The notes under the pieces: model-generated
Database searches by the model: none
What the model saw: the letters and a program-made list of their open reading frames with translations, nothing else
Told to the model about the DNA's origin: nothing
Source: Squalus acanthias
Taxonomy: Eukaryota
Reading direction: 5' to 3'
DNA length: 64,000 nucleotides
Assembly (NCBI GenBank): GCA_030390025.1
Contig: CM059431.1
Span: 100,814,001-100,878,000 of the forward strand
Position numbers and translations under genes: made by a program
Shown: positions 34,581 through 45,315 of the stretch, in pieces
Position numbering within the stretch: the stretch's first letter is position 1
Layout of the letters: each line of letters opens with the position of its first letter

Positions 34581-35087
34581 GGAGGGAGAGAGAGAGAGAG
34601 GGAGAGAAAAGGAGAGAGAGAGAGAGGGGGAGAGAGAGGGAGAGNNNNNNNNNNNNNNNNNNNNNNNNNNNNNNNNNNNNNNNNNNNNNNNNNNNNNNNN
34701 NNNNNNNNNNNNNNNNNNNNNNNNNNNNNNNNNNNNNNNNNNNNNNNNNNNNNNNNNNNNNNNNNNNNNNNNNNNNNNNNNNNNNNNNNNNNNNNNNNNN
34801 NNNNNNNNNNNNNNNNNNNNNNNNNNNNNNNNNNNNNNNNNNNNAGAGAGAGTGTGAGTGAGAGTGAGTGTGAGAGAGTGTGAGTGTGTGTGTGAGAGTG
34901 AGAGTGTGTGAGTGAGTGTGTGTGAGTGTGAGTGAGAGAGAGTGTGAGTGAGTGTGTGTGAGAGTGTGAGTGAGTGTGAGTGAGAGAGAGAGTGTGAGTG
35001 AGAGAGAGTGTGAGTGTGAGTGAGTGTGAGTGAGAGTGAGAGTTTGAGTGAGAGAGAGTGTGAGTGTGAGTGTGTGTGAGTGAGAGT
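34581..35087. repeat. Compound (GA)n/(GT)n microsatellite containing an assembly gap
   Basis: GA and GAGTGT runs on both sides of the N run. Confidence 0.95.
34645..34844. other. Assembly gap (200 N)
   Basis: Run of N. Confidence 1.
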
Positions 35088-35746
35088 ACGAGGGATCAAT
35101 TACAATTACTGAACAGGTGGTTTATAAAACCGGGGAAAGTATTTCCACCGAAACGAGAGCTGAGACCCAGACAGCAGCAAAGCTTGTGAAATGCCGACCG
35201 CCCGCTCTCACTTTTTGCAGCCTGTGCCGACCCCGGTCACTCTGAGCTCAGCTGTTTGGGGTCAGTGGCAAAATCCATTTGGCCCGCTACCTTGCTGAAA
35301 CAAAACAGCGTCTCTGTGTTGGGCGCGGGCTGTCTGTGTGTTTCCGGGCGATGCCCAGAAGATGCGAGACTCATGTCGGAGCTTTCTCCCGGGGCTCCCT
35401 CGCAAGCTCGCTCTGCCTGGGCAGGCACTGGAACTCGGGGTGTTCATCGATAAAGTGCGACTGTGGGAGTCGAGAATTCCCTAATCGTTTGCACTGTTAG
35501 TAGATAGAGCAGGTGGTTCTTAAATTCGAATGGCTATTTTTTTTTAATCTTAAGAGTGAGAGTAATCTGCAACGGATGGTTGACACTCACCTTTCGAGCC
35601 ACAGGTATGCAGAATTCTGAGAGCTCAGAAACTCTCCCCCTCCTTTCCATATGACACCCTGTCTGAGGACAGGTGACCGCTTCCAGTATTTCCAATGTGA
35701 GAAGTCGCACTACACCAGGTTATAGTCCAACAGCTTTATTTGAAAT

Positions 35747-35781
35747 CACAAGCTTTCGGAGCGCTGCTCCTTCATCAGATG
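35747..35781 (-). ncRNA. Minimal hammerhead ribozyme motif (short stem I)
   Basis: CAU-CUGAUGA-A-GGAGC(AGC)GCUCC-GAA-AGCU-U-GUG. Confidence 0.6.
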
Positions 35782-35796
35782 CTCCTTCACCTGACT

Positions 35797-35834
35797 TCAC
35801 CTGACGAAGGAGCAGCCGCTCCGAAAGCTTGTGA
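35797..35834 (+). ncRNA. Minimal hammerhead ribozyme motif
   Basis: TCAC-CTGACGA-A-GGAGC-AGCC-GCTCC-GAA-AGCT-T-GTGA. Confidence 0.75.
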
Positions 35835-36706
35835 TTTCAAATAAAGCTGTTGGACTATAACCTGGTGTTGTGCGACTTCTCACATTTGTCCACCCAGTCC
35901 AACACCGGCATCTCCACATCACAGTATTTCCAATGATTTATGGCAATCCACATCGGGGCAATAGAGGTGGAAAGGTGGCGTTTTACAGCGGAATTGGAAA
36001 CAGTTCCAGGTTGAAATATATGAGATTAGCAGAGAAATTCGGTTGGAAGACAATGATTGTTCCAGTTATCACTGGGGCACATCCTGCATTTATGCATAAA
36101 TCGTTGGGCTCCTTTCTATTTGACATGGCAGGGAAGCAAATTCTAAAGGTGTGCAGGAACTGATCAAAGTTTGTGTGTATCTGTTACTAGAAATAGCGCG
36201 CTTGCAACCAGGCTGATTTTAATCTGCATGGAGTTATTAACACAAATGGCAATATTTGAGACTTTCACACATTAACAGCGTTTGTCCTTCCAACATTTCC
36301 ACAGATTTGCATCTGCAGTTTAAACAAAAAAGCCTTACGACCCAAACCCCGCGAACGGTGTAAAATTAATACTTTGCATAAATTCATAATTTAATTTATA
36401 ATACGATCAAGGGGCTGTTGTAAAGTCCAATCATTCAATTAGATAAAAGATTGACAATGGCGGGGGAGGGGGGGACTGCACTGCTCGCTGTACTGAGCGA
36501 AATGGTATCTTTCTGAATGGATTTAGCAGTAGGAATAGACAGTCACCAAAGCAACTCTTCCCCATTCTGTATCATTGCTCCTGCTCTCTTCACATAATGA
36601 CACCTGTGGTGGTTTTACAATTAATTTTGAAGGGCCCAATTACACTTTATGTTGATAGAATTTAAATCCGAAATCAAATCTCACTGTTTATTATGGCAGT
36701 AATTAA

Positions 36707-37313
36707 ATAACAACTTGCATTTATATAGCGCCTTTAACATAGTAAAATGTCCCAAGGCACTTCACAGGTGTATTATAAGACCAAAAAATTTGACACCAAG
36801 CCACATTAGGAGATATTAGGGCAGGTGACCAAAAGCTTGGTCAAAGAGGTAGGTTTTAAGGAGCGTCTTAAAGGAGGAAAGAGAGGTAGCGAGGCGGAGA
36901 GGTTTAGGCAGGGAATTCCAGAGCTCAGGGCCTAGGCAACAGAAGGCACAGCCACCAATGATTGAGTGATTATAATCAGGGATCCTCAAGAGGCCAGAAT
37001 TAGAGGAACGCAGAGATCTCGGGGGGTTGTGAGGCTGAAGGAGATTACAGAGATAGGGAGGGGGCGAGGCCACGGAGGGATTTGAAACCAAGGCTGAGAA
37101 TTTTGAAATCGAGGCATTGCTGGACCGGGAGCCAATGTAGGTCAGCGAGCACAGGGGAGATGGGTGAACGGGACTTGGTGCAAGTTAGGACATGGAGCAG
37201 CAGAGTTTTGGATGAGCTCAAGTTTACGAAGGGTAGAATGTGGGAGGCCGGCCAGGAGAGCATTGGAATAGTCAAGTCTAGAGGTAACAAAGGCATGGAC
37301 GAGGGTTTCAGCA
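36707..37313 (-). mobile_element. L2 3' fragment
   Basis: LADLHWLP...LWNSLPKPLRL...FKTLLKTYLFDQAF. Confidence 0.88.
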
Positions 37314-37764
37314 ATTTGGGCTCACTTTGTACCTGACCCATAATTGTGAAAATAAAAGTCTTCAGTATGCAACAACTGCCGAACTGCCAGTTAAATATAC
37401 ACATGATTTTAGCTATATATATCAACGTGTATAAAACACTGCGCGTGAGAAATCCAGCAAAATAAATCCATTATGCAAAAAATTTGCAATAACATAGAAT
37501 AAACTGTGTCCCACCAAGAACAATGCATGCAAAACGTGAACATATCTGGGCATGTTCAACACTACCCCTCTGTTATTGCGCAGGACCCATTTCCAAGGTA
37601 TCTGCCACCTGATCTACCCATCACTGATCATTCCGATTCACTCTCTCCTTCCCTACGCTGCACTAGACGATGACCCCTTGTTGACACTTAACTGTCCGGT
37701 GTTTAGTGACAGTGTCAACACCGCACATGTGTTTGAACGCAGGGAAGGCATTGCTTTGGGTTGT

Positions 37765-38428
37765 CTTTTTTTTTAATTTGTTTATGGGATGTGGGCGTCG
37801 CTGGCAAGGCCAGCATTTATTGCCCATCCCTAGTTGCCCTTGAGAAGGTGGTGGTAAGCCGCCTTCTTGAACCGCTGCAGTCCATGTGGTGAAGGTACTC
37901 CCACAGTGCTGTTAAGTAGGGAGTTCCAGGATTTTGACCCAGCGACGATGAAGGATCGGCGATATACTTCTAAGTCAGAATGGTTTGTGACTTGGAGGGG
38001 AACTTGGAGCTGGTGGTGTTCCCATGCGCCTGCTGTCCTTGTCCTTCTAGGTGGAAGAGGTCGCGGGTTTGGGAGGTGCTGTCGAAGAAGCCTTGGCGAG
38101 TTGCTGCAGTGCATCTTGTAGATGGTACACACTGCAGCCACGGTACGCCGGTGGTGGAGGGAGTGAATTTTTAAGGTGGTAGATGGGGTGTCAATCAAGC
38201 GGGCTGCTTTGTCTTGGTGTTGTTGGAGCTGCACTCATCCAGACAAGTGGAGAGTATTCCATCACACTCCTTGTAGATGGTAGAAAGGCTTTGGGGAGTC
38301 AGGAGGTGAGACACTCACCGCAGAATACCTAGCCTCTGACCTGCTCTTGTTGCCACAGTATTTATGTGGCTGATCCAGTTAAGTTTCTGGTCCATGGTGA
38401 CCCCCAGGATGTTGATGGTGGGGGATTA
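37765..38428 (-). mobile_element. 3' fragment of the LINE family at 45316-48577
   Basis: ORF 37830-38234 QDKAARLI...GLQRFKKAAYHHLLKGN, followed by the 3' tail. Confidence 0.88.
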
Positions 38429-38767
38429 AGCTACAGGTAACTTTAACACTGAAAAGTTTGGCGAGAAAGTGCTCAATACTTTCAGGATCTCTCGCATCCT
38501 AAAAATGATTAGTTTTGGCACAAGAGCACCCCAAGAGAGATGGTAGAAAGACATACTGCTGCACTGATCCCCCACACAGCGGTCAGTGGATATGTTAAAC
38601 ATACATACGTCCTAATATGGTTAGTACACTGGGCAATTACTGCCGACGGTAAAGTGGAATAAAAGATATTTTAAAACCCTGAAATGTGTGGGTATAAATG
38701 ACCTAAAATGTTGGCAACGATTGTGTCTGGTCCATCAAAACAAGTGGCTAGAAATTAAACTCGCCAC

Positions 38768-39311
38768 ACAACAAGAAGTATTTATATAGCGCCTTTAAAA
38801 TAGTAAAATGTCCCAAGGCGCTTCACAGGAATATTATAAGACAAAAAATTTGACACCAAGCCACATAAGGAGAAATTAGGGCAGATGGCCAAAAGCTTGG
38901 TCAAAGAGGTAGGTTTTAAGGAGCATCTTCAAGGAGGAGAGAGAGGTAGCGAGGCGGAGAGGTTTAGGCAGGGAACTCCAGAGCCCAGACAGCTGAAGGC
39001 ACGGCCACCAATGGTTGAGCGATTATAATCAGGGATGCTCAAGAGGGCAGAATTAGAGGAGCGCAGATATCTCAGGGGGTTGTGGGGCTGAAGGAGATTA
39101 CAGGGATAGGGAGGGGCGAGGACATGGAGGGATTTGAAAACAATTATGAGAATTTTGAAATCGAGGGGCTGCTTAACCGGGAGCCAATGTAGGTCAGCGA
39201 GCACAGGGGAGATGGGCGAACGGGACTTGGTGCGAGTTAGGACACGGGCAGCCGAGTTTTGGATCACCTCAACTTTACTTCGGGTGGAATGTGGGAGGCC
39301 AGCCAGGAGTG
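38768..39311 (-). mobile_element. L2 3' fragment
   Basis: ORF 38929-39267. Confidence 0.88.
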
Positions 39312-39371
39312 TTCCCCTCCCCTTTGCTCTAATAGATTTATAAACCAGCTACAAAATAAACCAGTAACACA

Positions 39372-39505
39372 AAAGCAAAATACTGCGGATGCTGGAAATC
39401 TGAAATACAAACAGAAAATGCTGAAAATACTCAGCGGGTCAGGCAGCATCTGCGGAGAGAGAAAAACAGAGTTAACGTTTCAAGTCGATGATCCTTCCTC
39501 TGAAC
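39372..39505 (-). mobile_element. Solo Penelope pLTR fragment with degenerate hammerhead
   Basis: Reverse complement of ~14500-14628. The core reads CAGAGGA instead of CTGANGA. Confidence 0.75.
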
Positions 39506-41595
39506 AGTTTTGGACAAAATAAACCAAGATTGCTTCCTTTAAATTTCTCTAATTAGATTATCTTTTTCATTTCTCATTTCTTTTCTTTGCCATGATCAGT
39601 AAAAGTCGGATTAAAGTTCCGCTTTCCCATTGCCTATTGATCAGTGAACTCAGAAAACGAGGCGGAATTTGAGAAATAGATTATTACCAAAAAAAAGGAC
39701 ACAATTCATTTACAGGAGACTCTGCGGAAACTCGGCCCAGTACAGCGCACGGCTGTTGCTCATCATGGCAGGTGTGGAAAATGTTTTTTTGTTATTATAA
39801 ATGTCTAAAACATTTCGTTAAAGCGCACAAATTAAATGTTACCACGAACATCTCGGTAACTTCTGGTTCCAGTTTAAGTTGGCTCACTGTCAGGGAAACT
39901 TTTTTTTGTTGATAAGTCACAGGGGGGACAACCCGAACTCTGGAAGCTCCCGATCTCCCCTTGCCTCCTACCCTGTGGTTTTCAATGTTCCCTCGCCAGC
40001 TTCACAATCCTGACACACCTCCAAACCAGCTTCCCATTTGTGGCTGGGCATCTCCGGATCTAAATGCAACGTGAGCAATGAAAGCTCCCGTACCTCACCC
40101 ACTGGGGCATCAAGGGGAAACACAATGACAGCAACAGGCAATCGTGAATGGCGGTTGATTCACTTACCGCCTCCCAAGTAATTAATCGGCCATACCGTGT
40201 GTTAAAATAATTGTGAATATTTTCATATGCTCACCAGAGCAGTGAATGTGCGGGTACTTCTCAAAATGTGAGGTCCCTGTTTGACATTTGTATCCATTTA
40301 CTTGACTTTAATTTCAATAAAGTGCAGCTTTAACCCCCAAATTTCGCAGCAGTGGAATGGCAATTGATTGAATCTCTCGCTCTCTCTCTGTGTTTCTTTC
40401 CCCATCTTCTCGACGTAAATTACTTGAATCAGTGGAATTTCGGCGCGTAGTTGAAGACATACATTTAGATAAATCTTCACAAAGGTGCCCAGTAATGCAC
40501 CCACCGACACCGGTGAATTAAGATCATTAACATTGAAAATGCCATCGAGGATTATCACTGTCGAATGTAGGCGTTAAGGTTGAGCAGGAAATTTCCGTCG
40601 CGGGAGAAACGCGTTTGGGTCCAATCAGCTGACAAAATTCCCCACTTTACGTGTCTTACTTGGTTCAGATTTTTGGAAATCCTTTTGGATAAACAGACGC
40701 TTCCACCTAAATACCCCCACTGGCCAAGGAAACAGTTCCCCCGCCTCCCTTCTAATTATGATGGAACGCTTTTTCCAATGTAAACTCTTGCAGTTTTGCT
40801 TCTTGCTGTGGTTTGGCAGGTGATGGAGATGAAATTAACAACAAGTTGCATTTTCATTGCGCCTTTCGTGCGGTAAGATGTCCCCAGGCGCAGTGAGAAG
40901 ACAGGCAGCAGCTTTTTCTATCATTCCGCCAGCTTTGTAAAGCGTTATTTAACTGACCTATTCGGTTGAGAAAAAAAACTGTATTTTTCATTTTTTGTTT
41001 GCAAATAGTCACTCGGCGGGTGTTTGGTTCTGTGGCCCGGGTCTTACCTTCTCACTGACGTAATTAATGACAGTGACTGAATTATCGATTTCAAACCTTA
41101 TCGGAGACTGAAGTCGGACCAAATAATTCACAAGCCCAAAACGGTTCTTATCTCAGCACATCTCACTGCTACCATGTCAGTTACTCTTTTTATACCGTTA
41201 CCACATAGTCATGTGAGATATAGATTTGCTGGATTATTGCAGATGCTTGCAAATTACTAGCAGAAATATTTCTTTCCAAATCTACTTCTGTTATTTCTGT
41301 GGTGGTGTGATCCTGAGATGTAGGTCAAAGATTTGCACCTTTAGCCAGACTGTTGCTGTAACAGTGGATGGTTTCTTTGTGTGACGTTTAATGTGGTGAT
41401 AAATCCTAGTCAGGGCACAACACAGCTCCCGGTGAAATCCGTCCATGTCTGACAGAAAGGGTGAGTAGATTAAAAAAGGGTTGAGTTTATTGAGAAATCG
41501 GGACTCAGAAAGTAGTGTAGGAAGATTACAAATAACTTCAGTTCACAAGGCTATGAATGCAATTGATATTCTCACTTTCTTGAGCAACATTATAC

Positions 41596-42108
41596 AACAA
41601 CAACAACTTGTATTTATATAGCGCCTTTAATGTAGTAAAACGTCCCAAGGCGCTGCACAGGAGTATTATAAGACAAAAAATTTGACACCGATCCACATAA
41701 GGATAAATTAGGGCAGATGACCAAAAGCTTGGTCAAAGAGGTAGGTTTTAAGGAGCGTCTTAAAGGAGAAGAGAGGTAGCGAGGCGGAGAGGTTTAGGGA
41801 GGGAATTCCAGAGCTTAGGGCCCAGGCAACAGAAGGCACGGCCACCATTGAGCGATTATAATCGGGGATGCTCAAGAGGGCAGAATTAGAGGAGCGCAGA
41901 TATCTCGGGGGGTTGTGGGGCTGGAGGAGATTACAGAAATAGGGAGTGGCGAGGACATGGAAGGATTTGAAAACAAGGATGAGAATTTTGAAATCGAGGC
42001 GTTGCTTAACCGGGAGCCAATGTAGGTCAGCGAGCACAGGGGTGATGGGCGAACGGGACTTGGTGCGAGTTAGGACACGGGCAGCCGAGTTTTGGACGAG
42101 TTCAAGTT
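41596..42108 (-). mobile_element. L2 3' fragment
   Basis: ORF 41708-42037. Confidence 0.88.
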
Positions 42109-42260
42109 ATAAACTATAATAGAAAGAACTTGCATTTATATAGCGCCTTACACAACCTCAGGATGTCCCAAAGCACTTTACAGACAATTAAGTACTTTTG
42201 AAGTGTGGTCACTGTTGTAATATAGGGAAACGCACACAGCAAGGTCCCACAAACAACAAT

Positions 42261-43674
42261 GGCCCGGAATTTGCGATCCCGATGACGGCGTAAGCTCGTA
42301 AGCCTTCCGAAAGGCTCCGGGTTTCCGCGTGTGCTATGCATGTGCAAAAACCCGGAACTTGCGCTCTGATAATGTTCGCCTTGACAGATCTACCGAGTCG
42401 ACTAGAAATTCACTTTTGCCGGCGCAGAGTTGGGCTGTTTGGCCAACTACTGCCCAGCAAATGCCCACCAAACTCTTACAGCTGGTAAAAGCAGGCTAGG
42501 GGCCTGCTTCCACTAGAGTAAGTGTTAACATAAATCTTAAATTAAAAATGTAAAAATAAAAAATGATGCACAAACACAAAGGGCTGGATTTTGTCTTGGG
42601 GTCGGGTTGGGGTCGTGTAATCCGCATTTCGTGTTTCCCCCCCGACTCCAGATTAATGTGGATGCCTGATGCAATTTTCACTTAATTGGGCAATTGAGTT
42701 GCAGCATGTGGGAACCCATGAACTAATTAGTGGTTTCAGTCTGAAAGCCGCCTCTGATGATGTCATCATTGCTGACTGCCTGCTCTCAGAGATTGTCTGG
42801 CTACTGGTGAGAGAGGACCTGTCTGCATTGCTTCTGATGTGAGTGGGTGCAAATGAGAGAGAGAGAGAGAGAGAGAGATTGAGATTTTTTGCATCCAAGT
42901 CCTCTTACACCAAATGCCATGACATTGAATGTAGCAGTATCACAGGCGACTTTTCATCACATCTCCGTTGTAATAGTGGACTTGCACCCGATAGTCAGCT
43001 ATCCATTTGTGCTCCCGCCAGGTTTCACTGGAGTGTTTCACACCAGGCGTGCTTCAGGTCAGAAAAGGGTTAAACTAGCTACAACGTTTCAAAATAGCAT
43101 TACAGACCCAATTTAGGGCTTGTTAAGGGCTTTAATGGCCTCTCCCGCCTCCAAGAGGCGGGAGAGAGTCGGGAACCCCGCGACTGATTTTGTCAAAATT
43201 GCGTGGAGGCGGGATGGAGTCGGGATGGGGTCGGAAACCCCGACCCCGCAAATTTAACCCCCCACACGCCTCCAAACCCGACTCCATGGGTCATTCAAAA
43301 TCCAGCCCTTAGAATTAGTTGATGCAAATTTTGGCCCAGATTAAAATGTTCAAAATTATTTTTCAAAAAATTTGATTTTGATTGTATTTGCTGTATTGAA
43401 GGGACTTTTAATTAAATTTGAAAATGAGAGCATTTATTATTATGGGGATTCCGTTTGTAAATGGAATCCTCCTTCCTGATTGGAGGACCTGGCCCACATG
43501 ATCCCAGGGACACTCCTGAACCGCCTGCGTCCCTGGGATCCGTGGGCCTTTATGCAGGCGCACGTGCAGGCCCAGGACCCGAACTCTCCGCAGGTGCCAG
43601 GAGGTAAGTTCGGAAATACTTCGCGGGTCGCTGGCGTACACCGGAGGTACACCTCCAACCACAAATTCAGGGCC
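42261..43674. mobile_element. PIF/Harbinger-type MITE (outer)
   Basis: TIRs GGCCCGGAATTTG / CAAATTCAGGGCC. TSD AAT at 42258-42260 and 43675-43677. Confidence 0.8.
42581..43308. mobile_element. MITE (inner, nested)
   Basis: Perfect 13-bp TIR GGGCTGGATTTTG / CAAAATCCAGCCC. No matching TSD seen. Confidence 0.7.
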
Positions 43675-43812
43675 AATATTTTAGTGATGTTGGTAGAGGG
43701 ATAAATATTTGCCAGGACACCAGGGAGAACTCTCCTGCTTTTCTTCAAAATAGTGGCCACGGGATCTTTTACGTCCATCTGAGAGAGCAGATGGGTCCTT
43801 GGTTTAACGTCT

Positions 43813-44189
43813 CAAACCCCTCCATGGCCTCGCCCCTGCCTATCTCTGTAACTTCCTCCAGCCCCACAACCCTCTGAGATCTCTGCTCTCCTCCAATTTG
43901 GCCTCTTGCACATTCCCGATTTTAATCGCTCCACTATTGGCGGCCGTGCCTTCAGCTGCCTCGGCCCTAAGCTCTGGAATTCCCTGCCTAAACCACTCCA
44001 CCTCTCTACCTCTCTCTCCTCCTTTAAGATGCTCATTAAAACCTACCTCTTTGACCAAACTTTTGGTCACCTGTCCTGATATCTCCTTGTGTGGCACGTT
44101 GTCAAATTTTGTTTGATAATCGCTCCTGTGAAGCACCTTGGGACGTTTTACTATGTTAAAGGCACTTTATAAATGCAAGTTGTTGTTGT
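43813..44189 (+). mobile_element. L2 3' fragment
   Basis: Same tail as the other L2 copies (tataaatgcaagttgttgttg). Confidence 0.85.
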
Positions 44190-44929
44190 ACAAGAGCTTA
44201 ACTATAAAGAAGCCCTTATCACAAAATAGGATATAAGCTGCTTATGATTTTCCATCTATTCGTTTTAATGGGTGAACAATCTTGAGCTGAATGCGACCAA
44301 TTTTGCCATTAGATCTTCCACCCCGTCAATCTTATACTATGCTGATGAGGAAAATCCAATCCCATGTGTTTTAACCAAACGATACACATCTGTATTCGTG
44401 TAGCCAAACTTGCTAAAGTTCTAGACTAAAGGCTGCTCCACTCTTTCAATGATTAACTTTGTTATATTATCTACTCTTTTCTCCATCTACTTAATGTTTA
44501 TTATTATGCTTGCCAGTGTATGTAGCGCTCATTTATTTAGGTAACGTGGGTTGCTATCACATTTTCATCGCTAAAAATTATAGGAGAATAACTTTTAGAT
44601 TTATCGAATACATTTTTTCACCTGTCTTGAAGATGCAGACCTAAGGTGCGTTATAGCTTCCTGGCTGCAGGCATCCCTCCAGCATCTGATCAAAGGCATC
44701 TTCAACAAGGATCACTCGATGGCAATCAGGAGCAGGGGCTCTGCTGAATCTTTGCACCTTCCAAGTACTGGGGTTCTAAAGTCCAATGTTAGAATACCCA
44801 ATGCCTCCCGAGCTGTGATCATCTAACTTAGTGCAATGTGCCGATGGTACCTGGGGTCTACATAATCAGACTGATTGAATACCACACTGGGTATTGGATT
44901 TGTCCACAAAACTTTCAATGGTCAAACTG

Positions 44930-45315
44930 CATCTCTCGAAAAGAGAAGGCTGAGGGGATGTCCTTGATAGAGGTCTTTAAGATTATGAAAGAGTTTGATA
45001 GGGGAAACATGGAGAAAATATTTCCACTTGTGGGGGAGTCCAAAACTAGGGGTCATAAATATAAAATAGTCACTAATAAATCTAATAAGGAATTCAGGAG
45101 AAACTTATTTACCCTGCTACTGATTGCTATCGAGTGACCCTTGTTTACCCAGAGAGTGGTTAGAATGGGGAACTCGCTACCACAAGGAGTAGTTGAGGCG
45201 AATAGCATACATTTAAGGGGAAGCTAGATATGTACATGAGGGAGAAAGGAATAGAAGGATATGTTGATAGGGTGAGATAAAGAGGGGTGGGAGGAGGCTG
45301 GTGTGGGGCATAAAC
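44930..45315 (+). mobile_element. CR1 3' fragment whose terminus resumes at ~48583-48630
   Basis: LIEVFKIMKEFDR...FPLVGESKTRGHKYKI. The tail is split by the 3.3-kb LINE. Confidence 0.82.

Larger units (their letters stand above)
35698..35921. mobile_element. Foldback Penelope pLTR mini-element with two divergent hammerhead motifs
   Basis: Inverted arms of ~85 bp. TSD CAGTATTTCCAATG at 35684-35697 and 35922-35935. Confidence 0.88.
42124..43812 (-). mobile_element. Deu-domain SINE fragment split by nested Harbinger-type MITEs
   Basis: SINE pieces at 42124-42260 and 43675-43812. Confidence 0.7.
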
